Below are positions 18,997 to 28,797 of a stretch of DNA of 64,000 nucleotides, in pieces; position 1 is the stretch's first letter, and every line of letters begins with the position of its first letter. Under the pieces are notes generated by a model. The model worked only from the letters and a program-made list of their open reading frames with translations, was not told where the DNA came from and did not search any database. The stretch is from the NCBI GenBank assembly GCA_003599055.1, contig QZIM01000002.1:70097-134096 (forward strand). Direction: 5' to 3'. Source of the stretch: Candidatus Woesearchaeota archaeon. GTDB lineage: Archaea > Nanobdellota > Nanobdellia > Woesearchaeales > ARS49. The position numbers were made by a program, and so were the translations under genes.

Positions 18997-19325
18997 AGCT
19001 ATTGCCGTATAGGGAAGACGTGGATGTTTTTTTTGTCTCAAAGGGGTATCGGAAGGGCGAGCGTTTTCTGACGAATGAACTGTTCGGTGATATCGTCCTT
19101 GATGTGTCAGACCGAAAAGAGGTGCGCGGTGTGGAGATTCTTTGCGCATCGGCGTTTTTCAATCGCGTTGGAATTGAACTTGATTTCTTGCGTCGCGTGC
19201 GTTCTGCTGAATTTGTTTTTACTAATGCGGAAGGTAATTTATCTATTTTGATCCGAATGATTGATTCAGTGGGAGTTCAAAAGTCGTGCGCTTTTCCTTT
19301 GCTTGAATTGGCTGCTTTGGCTTAG
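18993..19325 (+). CDS. DUF2283-like putative antitoxin
   Basis: DIVLDV...VRGVEIL.AS motif. Confidence 0.7.
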   Translation: MKLLPYREDVDVFFVSKGYRKGERFLTNELFGDIVLDVSDRKEVRGVEILCASAFFNRVGIELDFLRRVRSAEFVFTNAEGNLSILIRMIDSVGVQKSCAFPLLELAALA

Positions 19326-19945
19326 CTCGCCCGCACGGTTCTCACTGCGCCGCGGTTGCTTTGCGCAACTTTGGTATCGCCGACATAGACGATGTAATAG
19401 GCGTAGTAGTCTTTTGCGGCGGTTCCGCCGATGTACTCGTCAAAGACGTATCCTTTGGCAAAGCTGACGTAGCGGTCGCCAAAGTTGAGGGGGACGATTT
19501 CGCAGCTGATTGCGCCAATGCCGCGGCTGAGTTCTGAGCAGAGTTCGACGCGCAAATGGTCCCGTGGGTCGTCAAAGTAGGGGCCAAATGACCCGGCGAA
19601 GGTCTTGATGTCGTCATCCTCGACGCGGATGAACCGTCCTGAGTCGTAGTCTTGGTTGGAGGGGACAAGGATGTTGTTGACCCAGAAGTTGACTTCTTGG
19701 GGGAAGACTTCGCTTGCGGGGATTCCGGGCTGTTTGGGCTCGATTTCGGGCGCGCGCGGTGTTGGCGTTCCTGTCTCAGGTGATACGTCAATGCGAGGGG
19801 ATGGTTGTTCTGTTTGTTGTCCGTCATAGGTTGGCGGGGGTGGAATTGGGATGGTTCGGTATTCTGGCTGCTTTTGCGCGGCTAAGATGACCAGTACAAC
19901 AAGTGCGATTGCGAGCAAAATTCCAACGATTACTTTTTTGACCAT
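19322..19945 (-). CDS. Membrane-anchored hypothetical protein
   Basis: N-terminal TM, Pro-rich linker, globular domain. Confidence 0.7.
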   Translation of the reverse strand: MVKKVIVGILLAIALVVLVILAAQKQPEYRTIPIPPPPTYDGQQTEQPSPRIDVSPETGTPTPRAPEIEPKQPGIPASEVFPQEVNFWVNNILVPSNQDYDSGRFIRVEDDDIKTFAGSFGPYFDDPRDHLRVELCSELSRGIGAISCEIVPLNFGDRYVSFAKGYVFDEYIGGTAAKDYYAYYIVYVGDTKVAQSNRGAVRTVRAS

Positions 19946-20724
19946 GGGACGATGAGGTTGATTCGGGCAAAATGCAGGAGGGGCACGCTGATGGCTGCGT
20001 AGACGGCAAGCGCAATTGGCGGCCGGAGCATCCAGTTGAGGGGCAAGGTGAGCGCGACAAAGGTGATGAGTGCGCTCACAAGCCACGCGGGACCTGCTTT
20101 TTTTGCCTGTTTGAATGCAAAGAGAAACGTGTTTTTAAACGTTTGGTCGTGCGAAAGAAGTGCGTAGCTTGTTTGGGCAAGATAGGCAATGATGGCTGTT
20201 GCGATGATGAAGAGCGCGCTTGCCGTTCCTGAGCTGACAACAGGGAGGATGGTGGTCGTGCTGCCTTCAAGGATGCTGTACGCAATCAGGGTTGCGAGAA
20301 GGAAGGCGAACCAAAGAAGTGTGAGCCCGATGAATTTGAGCCAAGTGCGCTTCAGTGATACGGGGTGTACGAGCGAGTGGCTAAGGTACCATATCGGCCC
20401 GCGCACAAGGAGCGTGATGCCAAGGATACCAAGGAAGAAGTAGGCAATGTTTTCCAAAAGGCGCAAATACGCGGTCATAAACGCGTCGTTTTCCGAGAGG
20501 GTTTGGTCAAGCGTGTACAGTTCCGCATCGGTTTTCTGCTGGATTTCTTCCTGCATCACTTCGCCTGCGCGAAGCGCGGCGTCTGCCGACGGGATAAAGA
20601 AGTGGTAATGCAGGTACAGGACAGAAATAAAGAAGATTGCTTCAAGCAGCAAAATGACGGGAAGCATCTTCTTGTTTTTCCAAAAGACATTCCACGATTT
20701 TGGCAGGGTTTGGGAGAGGGTCAT
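19930..20724 (-). CDS. Multi-pass membrane protein (paralogue of 35554-36459)
   Basis: About six TM helices; RG.IW...F..LTL.W shared with the paralogue. Confidence 0.75.
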   Translation of the reverse strand: MTLSQTLPKSWNVFWKNKKMLPVILLLEAIFFISVLYLHYHFFIPSADAALRAGEVMQEEIQQKTDAELYTLDQTLSENDAFMTAYLRLLENIAYFFLGILGITLLVRGPIWYLSHSLVHPVSLKRTWLKFIGLTLLWFAFLLATLIAYSILEGSTTTILPVVSSGTASALFIIATAIIAYLAQTSYALLSHDQTFKNTFLFAFKQAKKAGPAWLVSALITFVALTLPLNWMLRPPIALAVYAAISVPLLHFARINLIVPWSKK

Positions 20725-20726
20725 GG
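20626..20726. repeat. 101-bp direct repeat, copy 1 (functional gene 5' end)
   Basis: Matches 21443-21543 with 2 mismatches. Confidence 0.92.
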
Positions 20727-21119
20727 GGTAATGCGCGTTATGTTCTTGATTTGGTCAAAGTCATCATCGTAGCTTGCAATGGTGGTGATGCCATTTACTC
20801 GCATGGTTGCGAGGTGGATTGCGTCGCGGGGATTGAGATTATCATGAGTGTAAGCGTGGAGTGCTTCTTCGATGATTTGTTGTGTCGTATCAAGGAAGGC
20901 AAGGTTGCGGATATCGAGGAGGTTTCTCGCCACGTTTGCTGCGAAGGGCTTGCCTTTTTCCCGTTGCAGGGCCCACAGTGCTTCGTCGATAGTGAGAACG
21001 GACGTGGCTGCTTCTTGGTTTCCCTTGATGATGTGCATAAGGAGGCGTCTGCTCTTTTTTCCGGGTTCAGCATCATTTGCTGCTGAATTGATGAGGATAT
21101 TTGAGTCGATGTAAATCAT
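20721..21119 (-). CDS. vapC: VapC PIN-domain toxin
   Basis: IYIDSNIL, DE, DAIHLA and SYDDDFD motifs. Confidence 0.9.
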   Translation of the reverse strand: MIYIDSNILINSAANDAEPGKKSRRLLMHIIKGNQEAATSVLTIDEALWALQREKGKPFAANVARNLLDIRNLAFLDTTQQIIEEALHAYTHDNLNPRDAIHLATMRVNGITTIASYDDDFDQIKNITRITP

Positions 21120-21358
21120 TGTTTTGCCAGGTGTTCTTCGTATTCTTTGGAAGTGTATGCTTTTTTTTGTCCGATTTCTTTTGCGCATCGTTCAAGAAAC
21201 GCAATCGGGTCCTCTGTGCGTGGCCTTGTGATGAGGATACCGTCAGGTGTTTCTTTAATGACGACGTCCTTTCCAGGGTAGAACTTGTACTCGTCTCGCA
21301 GTAGTTTTGGAATGAGCACTTGCCCTTTCGGCCCAAGTTTTACCGTGAGTTGTACCAT
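21116..21358 (-). CDS. vapB: AbrB/MazE-type VapB antitoxin
   Basis: KLGPKGQVLIPK.LR motif. Confidence 0.88.
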   Translation of the reverse strand: MVQLTVKLGPKGQVLIPKLLRDEYKFYPGKDVVIKETPDGILITRPRTEDPIAFLERCAKEIGQKKAYTSKEYEEHLAKQ

Positions 21359-21442
21359 TTCTTACCTTGAGTTCTACTTTGTGTATTTAAATGTTTCTGT
21401 CTCCCGGGACAAAAAAGCAGAACAGGACAGGACGAGCACGGC

Positions 21443-21543
21443 AATAAAGAAGATTGCTTCAAGCAGCAAAATGACGGGAAGCATCTTCTTGTTTTTCCAA
21501 AAGACATTCCCCGATTTTGGCAGGGTTTGGGAGAGGGTTATGG
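21443..21543. repeat. 101-bp direct repeat, copy 2 (dead gene 5' end)
   Basis: Matches 20626-20726; ATG changed to ATA. Confidence 0.92.
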
Positions 21544-24500
21544 TTGGCTCGCTTGTGCGCGCAGGTTTGTTATTGCTTCGTCAATTTCCCTGATTCTGTT
21601 TGTGATTACTATCGAAACGTGTGAAAAGACTGATCTTAGTTGTTGTTCCGTTTGCGCATCGCGTAATTGTTGGGCGACATCAGCGGTGTTTCCTGCGAAC
21701 GGTCGACTTTGTGATATGACAAGGCCTATTGTTGTTCTGAAGTTTGGTTCGGTCTGTCCGCTTGCAACAGGAGTAGTGCTGATTTCATCCAGTTGATTAA
21801 TGTGTGTGGTAAAAGTAGCCCCAACGCTGTTTATCTGCTGAATTGCTTCTGTTCGTGCAGGGTCTGCGGCGTACGCGAGTATGTTGGGGTAGGAGGGGTC
21901 TCGCCGTTGTTCGAAGTATGTTTTTTGGGCAGTAAGTTGTTGTTTGTAGTTGTCAAGTATGGTGATTGCTCTTTGTATTTTCTCAAGGCGAGATATGGTT
22001 TGAATTGATGGAGGAGGGGTGGGAGGTCTGCCGGCAGCGGCAAGTTCAAGAGATGCTTTTGCATGAGTGAGGTCTTCCATCACGAAATTCGTTGCGATGT
22101 TGTAAGATCCGACTGATTCTCGGATAATATCAATCGTTCCTGCTGTTGAGAACTCATTCTTTCGTTGGGGAAGGTTGCCTGGGTTCAACCAAACAGTAAT
22201 GGTGTCGCGTATTATGCGTGTACGTCTTGTGCTCTCGGCAACACTCGGCGCGGTCTGGTTTAATGCTTCAAGTCGGGATATGTGCTGTTCGATTACGGAC
22301 TTTTGGCGTTGGAGGACAGAAATGTATTCATCCATCTGGGTGATGGTTGTTGAGAGCAAGGGTGGACGGGTATATGCGAGAAGTTCGGTGTCACTTTTGC
22401 TCATAATCTCACTAAATCTTGCTCTGTGTATTTGTTGTTCTGCATTGAATTGGTCAATAGTGCTGATTACTCCGCTCAGTGTCTGAAGGGAGGTCGTTTG
22501 TGGTATCTGCGGCGCACTTGTCACCGGTGCTCTCTGTGCAGGACCAAGGATGCTGGTGATGAATTGTTGTGTTTTTGCTTGGAGGTCGGTTGCGAATGCT
22601 GCGGCATCAGGTGGTGCAGGGGTTATTTCGGTTCCGTTGTTTGCGCGCAAGATGACCCCGAATAGCTGGTTATTACGGTAGATGATGACTGCGTTGCGGT
22701 TAAACTCAAGGAGGGCGACGCGGTATTCGTTGTTTTCAGGGGTGCTTGCATAGATTCCTCTGCCGGCGTCGTACCTGAATTCAGTAATTTGTCCGGTGAA
22801 GTCGCGCAGGGTGATGGTGTTTGTTTGTCCGTTGTATTGCCACGCATTTGTTCCGTAAATTTGGTACACTTGTCCTGCCCGTTGTACTTGTCCTCCGAGT
22901 TGTTCGATTTGCCGTGCAGTATCAATCGTGTTGATGAGGGTTACTAATTCGCCGGTCTTTTCGCTGACTTCATCTGCGGTCGGCGCTTCGCTAAGTCCCG
23001 CTATTTGTGTGCGGATGGTGGTAAGTCTTGTTTTTGCCGTGTTTAATCGCGTTTTGTAATTGGTGAGTGTGGTGTTTGTTGTAAGCGCATTTGTCTTGTC
23101 ATTCGCATTCTGAATGTTTGGAATTGCGGTGCTGAATGCAGTGTGTGCTGTTTCAAACGGTTGTGTTTGTAATTGGTATGTTTCAAGCAGGTCATCAACA
23201 GTGCGTAGGAGCCGCAGTCGTATTTGCCTGCGTGCCGCGTCGTCTGCGGTGTCTGCGCGTGCGGCAGTGCCAAGTTCAGTGAAGGTCGTGCGCGCCTCTG
23301 CTTCTTTGCTGGCGATTGGCTGCAGGGTGTCAATGATGCGGCGAATCAGTTCGGCAACATTAGATGTTTGTGATGATTGGACTTGGCTTTGGATGCGGGG
23401 GTCTTGTTTGGTTGTGCAAATCGCGTTAAACGTGATGCTTTTGGTTACGGGTTCGTCAGTAATGGGGTCTATGCTGGTTTGTTCGGTTCTGATGCCGAAG
23501 CGGTCGGAATCTTTTGCGGTGTATGTGATGGTGAACGGTTGCGGCTGTAATTGTGCGGTTGGGTTCTCGCACGGGTTAAGGTCAGGGGTGAGTCCCCAGG
23601 AGATGAGGTATTGGCGTGTTTCTCCGGGTGCAAGGCCGATGGGTGCTTGGGGGAATTCAAGGACGATGCGGGGGATACCGACGCGTTGGTCTGTGGTTCC
23701 GGATATGGTTCCTGCGCCTGCGTACGTTATTTGTCTTTGCATAATTCCTTCGCTTGCGCCGGGGAGTTTTTGCCGTTTGCCGTTAAAGCCGTTTTCACCA
23801 ACGCCGCGCTCAGGGCTTGCATCGTAGAGTACGTAGGTTTCCCTGCGGTCGCTGTCTGCTTTGACTTCGATGATGAAGTTGAATGGTTCAGTGTGTTGTG
23901 TTCCGTCAGGTTTGAGAATGTTAACAAGGGCGATTGCGGACGCGGCGGGTTGTGCGGTTTGCGGGTTGTTCACTGAACTCCACTGGTTGATTTCTCGGTT
24001 TTGTGTTCTTCCGCTGCCGAACCAGTTTTGTGCAACGATTGGCCGCGCGCCGAAGTCTTCAAAGGACATGGTGTAATCGCCGTTTTTGAGGGTGCGAACT
24101 TCGTCTGATGAGCGCGCAACTTCCCTTCCTTGGCTGTTTTTGATGCTGTAGGAGAGGTATTTTGCTTCGGAGGGTTCTGTTTCGCTGAAGATGGTTTGGC
24201 GGACGCGTAACGTGGCAGCGACTGGTTCGTTGAGGGTGAAAACGGGTGTTGGGATATTCACGGTTGGCTGGACGGTTGCGTCAAGGAATTGGATGTTTCC
24301 TGTTTCGTCGCCAAGGACGCAGCGGAACGCAAGCGATAAGGGGTCAAAACGGCACATTGAGGGCGCGCTGCCGGGGCCGTCTGTGCTGATGGTGCACTCG
24401 TCGGTTTTTGACGTGCGGGTTTGCTTGCCGTCGTTCCACGACCAGCGAAGGTATGCCTTGTCGTAGCGGATTTGCCTATCACCGGGGGTTCCGTCCATTG

Positions 24501-27500
24501 TGATGAAGAGTTCTTTGTTTTCGATTTGCCCGTTTGCAACGTTTGTTGACAGTCCTTCCGGGTTCACCACGAGTTCTTTTGGCGTGTCGCAGTCGCATTT
24601 GCCGCGGGCAAACCCGTCGCTTTCGCGGCACTTAAAGCCGCCGCTGCATTTGAGGACGAGTTCGACGTTTTCAAGGGCTGCGCCTGCGGCGATTCCTGCG
24701 CCGAATTGGTATTGCCAGGTGACCAGGCCTGATGGTCGTGTTGCGGGGTTAAAGCCGATGAACCTGCGCGAGCAGGGGAAGAGAAGGCCGTAGCTTTCGG
24801 TGGGTACTTCTTGGATTGCAGCATCGAATGCTGCGTCAAGGTCAAGGTTCCACGTGCCGGTGAATGCGAAAAGGCAGATGGAGTGGACGAGTTTTTTCTC
24901 AACGAAGACTTGTTTGTACATACTGGTTTCGCCGTAGCGTGATTGGACTGAGCGTGAGAGTTCCGCGCCGGTTGAGGTAAGGGCGCCCATAACGTTGCCA
25001 ACGCCGCTGTATTCGAGGCGTTTGCCGCTTGGTGAGCTGAATTTTTGGGTAAAGCACGCGATTGCGTCATAGAGTAAGTCGCAGGCGTGTTGTGATACGA
25101 CTGCTTGGCAAACGCCTGATGAGCCGTCGCCCGTAAGGAGGATGGTGTTCATACAGTCTCTCACTGCGCCTAAGATGTTGCGCCAGCGTTGGAGGAATGC
25201 GATGAGTGTGGGGATGCAAATGCAGCGAAGGGAGTTGACAAGGCCGTCGCCCGGGCGGATGATGTATTCTTGGTCGGGTGTTCCGATGATTGCCATTGCC
25301 TGGTCGTAGATGTCTTGCCCGACGACCGGGCAGGTTTGGTCTGTGCCGTATCCTGCGGCGACGCAAAGGGCGTTGCGGAATCCCTGCATATCGGTGATGG
25401 TCTGTTTTTGGTAGTATTCCTCGATTTTTTCCTGGGTGAAGTAGGGTTGGATGCTGGTGCTGTCAACTTCGATTGCGTTAAGGTTTGCGTTGATGCGGTG
25501 CTGGTTGCTTGCAGGGGTGGTTCCTGCTTGGGGTGAGCGGTCGAATTCGATGGTTTCGGCGACGTAGCCCAAACGGATGTTGTATTCGCCGGTGGTCGCG
25601 GTTCCTCCTTGCGCGCTTTGCGGAATGAGGAGGAGGTAGAGTTGCTGTTCTTTTGGTGCTGCAAGGCCTGCAAGGACGCCGGTGGCTCCGCTGCCGGTAT
25701 CGCAGCACGCTTTGGCAACAGGGATGGTGTGCGGGGTTTCTTTGCCGTCGTTGTCGCAGAACCCGCCGACGGAGTTAAGGATGTTGCCGCATTCAACGCT
25801 GCCTTTGTTGGGGCCAAGGCTGATGCCTCCGGGCACGTTTGCTTTCTCTGCAGACAAACACGTGCTTTCTTCGATTTCGTTGAACGTGTCAAGTCCGAAT
25901 GCGGAAACGCCGCACGCAGAGCTCCATTCTTTCATATAGGCAAACCCGCAGCATTCAGGTGCGGCGGGGTGGAGGTCGTCGCAGTTGACTTTGCCTGAGG
26001 ATTGTGCGGAGCTTTCAAAGGGGTATGGTGCGCTGTCTGTTTGGTGGTCGCGCCATTTGAGGTAGATGTCTCGTACTTGGTTGTAGGTGAAGAAGAGTCT
26101 TGGCGGCTGTCGCAGGCGTGTTTGCTGCTGTTGTGCTGCTTGTGTTTGTCCTGCTTTTTTGATGAGTGCTGCGCAGTCAGAGCCTATCATCACTGACTCT
26201 CCTTCCTTGTAATACGTATCGCCGGTGTATTTTGCTTTTGCCGCATCGCTTGTGAGCGTGACCGGCGTGAGTCTTTGCGGTGCGTGTTGTCTCAGATAGT
26301 ATTGCAGTGATGGCGCGGAGGGGCACATGACGCGGTCGCATACCTGTCGATAGGTTTGGTCAACGAATGCGCGCCTGCGTTTTGCATCGGAACATTCATT
26401 GCAGTTTCCTTTTGCTTCGTCTTGGTCTGTTCCGCTGTATTCTTCGTTGCACGCGCCGATTGCGGCAACGTTCGGGTCGAATTTGCCTTCATCGTCAAGC
26501 GATGAGAGTACGGAATCAAACTCGCACTGGTATTTTTCGATAAAGATGGGGATGAGCGAGACTCCTTGTCCTGCAAGGCAGGTGTAGAACAAATACTTCC
26601 CGATGGTTTGGATGGGCTTAAGGACAGTGTCGATTCCTTCGATGATGCTGGTGAGAAGTTCAGAGGTGGTTTGAAGCAGTCCTTTTGGGATGTAGCGGGG
26701 AGGTATTGGGATGTCGATAGGCAGTTCAATGGAAACACACGTTCGTTGGAACTGTGTTGTTGTCTGTTCTGTTTCCTGTGTGCGGCGAACGAGCGGGTCG
26801 GTGCTGAGCGGTCCGACGGTTTCTTGGAACGGTATTTCAAGTTCGAAGAAGAGTTTCATGCAGCCAAAGCCGGGGACAAGGCAGTCTTTGAGGCGGTGTT
26901 TTGCGATTACTTCGCGCTTGGCGAACGTGGTGGCGTTGCTTGGCTCTTTTTCTTCCGCAAGTTCGGGCAGTTGTTGCCAGGGGTTGTCAATTGGCCTGAA
27001 GGTGAATTGCAGATAGCCGGTTCCTTCAGGGGTGCTTCCCCGTCCTGTTGACCGGACGCCGAGCGGGCGTTGGTTGTATGCGACAAGAGTATTATCATAA
27101 TCCTTTCGCGCTTCAGGGCCAAGTTCAAGCGGCAGTATTTTGATTTGGTTGCGGTTGATGGTCGCGCTTTGCCCGCCTTGGTATTTGTAGGTGAACGAGA
27201 GTCCGACTTGTTGGGCGCCTTGAATGAGTAATTGCGGGTTGAGGATTTCAGGGGTTGGCTTGCTGAGTTCGACCGCGATTTTTGTGCCGCTGCCGCAGAG
27301 CTGGTAGTCTATTTCTTCTTCCGAAGTTTGCGTGGTGAATCCGACGGCGTCGCTTGCGTCAAGGCGGATTTTGTTGCCCCAAACGATTTGTCCGACTGCG
27401 CGGGTTGCGTTCTTTTGGAGGGAGGTGCTGCGTTCAAGTTTGATGGGAATGCTGAACGTTCCGTCGTCTGCGGTAAGGACGGTCTTTTGCGGTTTTCCGT

Positions 27501-28797
27501 TCACGATTGCGGTGACGCTTCCTTTTTCGCTGAGTTTGCCGCGGGCAACAACGTCTGATTGGTAGGTGGGGCCGAGGTTGCGCAGGTTGGTTTCAACAAA
27601 GCGCGGCGCGCCCGTGTCGTGAATGACGCGAGATTCGACGAGCGTGACGTATCCTGCCTTGTCAACTGCCTTTACTTCGACAAGGTTTTCGCCTTGTTGG
27701 AGGGGTACGGGGACGCTGCTGCGCCCGGTCGTGAGGGTGAGGTGTTGCGGTTCTTGGCCGCAGCTGAGGCGCGCGGAAGTGACGTTGTCATTGCGCGCAG
27801 TGCCTGCAGGTATGGTGGCGGTTTCAACGTCGCTGCGGTCTCCTTCAATGCAGCCCAAGCTGACCGCGCTGACTTGGTATTGGTATGACTTTCCGGGGCT
27901 GATTGAAGTGTCAACGTACTCGTTTTTGCCGGGGACTGCGATGCGAACGCCGTCGCGATAGACGGCGTATTCAAGGATGCCGGTTATCTCGTTCCACGTG
28001 AGCGTGACTTGGCCGGTTTCGATTTTGGTTGCCTGCAGGTTGCCCGGGCGAAGAGGGGGTTCTCCTTGGGGTCGTGACGTGATGGTGATGTTGACGGGTT
28101 CGCTGACCGTGATGTTTGCAATGACGGGTTGTTGTGTTGCGGTTGGCGGGATGCTGACGTTCATGCTTGCGGGAGCAGTATCAACTTCGATTACTTGCGT
28201 TTGTGTTGCGGTTTCGTTGCCAAGGGTTGCGATGAGCGTGACGTTTTGCGGCTGCGCGCGCAGTTCTATTTCGCGAAAGAGGAAGTCTCCGCGGTCGCTC
28301 ACGGTTCTGCGCAGTTCATTGCCGTTAAGGAGCAGTTGGACGGTGGCGCCGGGCCGTGTTTTGCCGCTAACTTCAAGCCGTGGTGTTTTGCTGTAGCGAG
28401 GGAGGTTCGCGCTAACGAAGAGTTTTCCTGCGTAGAACTGTTGGGTTGGGCTGTTTTTGCAGTTTCCTGATTCATCGCAGGACGTGATGCGGTAATAATA
28501 CGGTGTTCCCTGTACGGTGGGGATGGTGATGTTGTGCGCGGTGACAAGGGCGTTGTCTGTTGTGGTGTTGTCAAGCGCGAGTGTTCGCCCAAAGGCAACT
28601 CCTCCGGTTGCGGGAATGTTGGTGGTCCACGTGATGGTGGTGCTCTCTTGGTTGAAGGTAAGGGTGATGTCGCGCAGCTCAGGGGGTGTTGCAGTGCTTG
28701 TTGTTGTCGCATTGCTTGCGTTTACGTCTTGTGCGAAGGCAAAGGGGAAACTACAGAGGAGCCAAATGAGTGCGATTGTGAGGGGTTGTTTTCTCAT
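21538..28797 (-). CDS. Giant secreted protein (2419 aa): FN3/Ig-like N-terminal domains, Cys-rich helical core, helical C-terminus
   Basis: Signal peptide; ITWTTN, VTLTW..Y.VYRDG and YQYQVSAV FN3 motifs; many Cys. Confidence 0.85.
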   Translation of the reverse strand: MRKQPLTIALIWLLCSFPFAFAQDVNASNATTTSTATPPELRDITLTFNQESTTITWTTNIPATGGVAFGRTLALDNTTTDNALVTAHNITIPTVQGTPYYYRITSCDESGNCKNSPTQQFYAGKLFVSANLPRYSKTPRLEVSGKTRPGATVQLLLNGNELRRTVSDRGDFLFREIELRAQPQNVTLIATLGNETATQTQVIEVDTAPASMNVSIPPTATQQPVIANITVSEPVNITITSRPQGEPPLRPGNLQATKIETGQVTLTWNEITGILEYAVYRDGVRIAVPGKNEYVDTSISPGKSYQYQVSAVSLGCIEGDRSDVETATIPAGTARNDNVTSARLSCGQEPQHLTLTTGRSSVPVPLQQGENLVEVKAVDKAGYVTLVESRVIHDTGAPRFVETNLRNLGPTYQSDVVARGKLSEKGSVTAIVNGKPQKTVLTADDGTFSIPIKLERSTSLQKNATRAVGQIVWGNKIRLDASDAVGFTTQTSEEEIDYQLCGSGTKIAVELSKPTPEILNPQLLIQGAQQVGLSFTYKYQGGQSATINRNQIKILPLELGPEARKDYDNTLVAYNQRPLGVRSTGRGSTPEGTGYLQFTFRPIDNPWQQLPELAEEKEPSNATTFAKREVIAKHRLKDCLVPGFGCMKLFFELEIPFQETVGPLSTDPLVRRTQETEQTTTQFQRTCVSIELPIDIPIPPRYIPKGLLQTTSELLTSIIEGIDTVLKPIQTIGKYLFYTCLAGQGVSLIPIFIEKYQCEFDSVLSSLDDEGKFDPNVAAIGACNEEYSGTDQDEAKGNCNECSDAKRRRAFVDQTYRQVCDRVMCPSAPSLQYYLRQHAPQRLTPVTLTSDAAKAKYTGDTYYKEGESVMIGSDCAALIKKAGQTQAAQQQQTRLRQPPRLFFTYNQVRDIYLKWRDHQTDSAPYPFESSAQSSGKVNCDDLHPAAPECCGFAYMKEWSSACGVSAFGLDTFNEIEESTCLSAEKANVPGGISLGPNKGSVECGNILNSVGGFCDNDGKETPHTIPVAKACCDTGSGATGVLAGLAAPKEQQLYLLLIPQSAQGGTATTGEYNIRLGYVAETIEFDRSPQAGTTPASNQHRINANLNAIEVDSTSIQPYFTQEKIEEYYQKQTITDMQGFRNALCVAAGYGTDQTCPVVGQDIYDQAMAIIGTPDQEYIIRPGDGLVNSLRCICIPTLIAFLQRWRNILGAVRDCMNTILLTGDGSSGVCQAVVSQHACDLLYDAIACFTQKFSSPSGKRLEYSGVGNVMGALTSTGAELSRSVQSRYGETSMYKQVFVEKKLVHSICLFAFTGTWNLDLDAAFDAAIQEVPTESYGLLFPCSRRFIGFNPATRPSGLVTWQYQFGAGIAAGAALENVELVLKCSGGFKCRESDGFARGKCDCDTPKELVVNPEGLSTNVANGQIENKELFITMDGTPGDRQIRYDKAYLRWSWNDGKQTRTSKTDECTISTDGPGSAPSMCRFDPLSLAFRCVLGDETGNIQFLDATVQPTVNIPTPVFTLNEPVAATLRVRQTIFSETEPSEAKYLSYSIKNSQGREVARSSDEVRTLKNGDYTMSFEDFGARPIVAQNWFGSGRTQNREINQWSSVNNPQTAQPAASAIALVNILKPDGTQHTEPFNFIIEVKADSDRRETYVLYDASPERGVGENGFNGKRQKLPGASEGIMQRQITYAGAGTISGTTDQRVGIPRIVLEFPQAPIGLAPGETRQYLISWGLTPDLNPCENPTAQLQPQPFTITYTAKDSDRFGIRTEQTSIDPITDEPVTKSITFNAICTTKQDPRIQSQVQSSQTSNVAELIRRIIDTLQPIASKEAEARTTFTELGTAARADTADDAARRQIRLRLLRTVDDLLETYQLQTQPFETAHTAFSTAIPNIQNANDKTNALTTNTTLTNYKTRLNTAKTRLTTIRTQIAGLSEAPTADEVSEKTGELVTLINTIDTARQIEQLGGQVQRAGQVYQIYGTNAWQYNGQTNTITLRDFTGQITEFRYDAGRGIYASTPENNEYRVALLEFNRNAVIIYRNNQLFGVILRANNGTEITPAPPDAAAFATDLQAKTQQFITSILGPAQRAPVTSAPQIPQTTSLQTLSGVISTIDQFNAEQQIHRARFSEIMSKSDTELLAYTRPPLLSTTITQMDEYISVLQRQKSVIEQHISRLEALNQTAPSVAESTRRTRIIRDTITVWLNPGNLPQRKNEFSTAGTIDIIRESVGSYNIATNFVMEDLTHAKASLELAAAGRPPTPPPSIQTISRLEKIQRAITILDNYKQQLTAQKTYFEQRRDPSYPNILAYAADPARTEAIQQINSVGATFTTHINQLDEISTTPVASGQTEPNFRTTIGLVISQSRPFAGNTADVAQQLRDAQTEQQLRSVFSHVSIVITNRIREIDEAITNLRAQASQP

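Noticed and set aside
20626..21543. Diversity-generating retroelement TR/VR pair
   Set aside because: Only two mismatches, located at a gene 5' end, and no reverse transcriptase in the window
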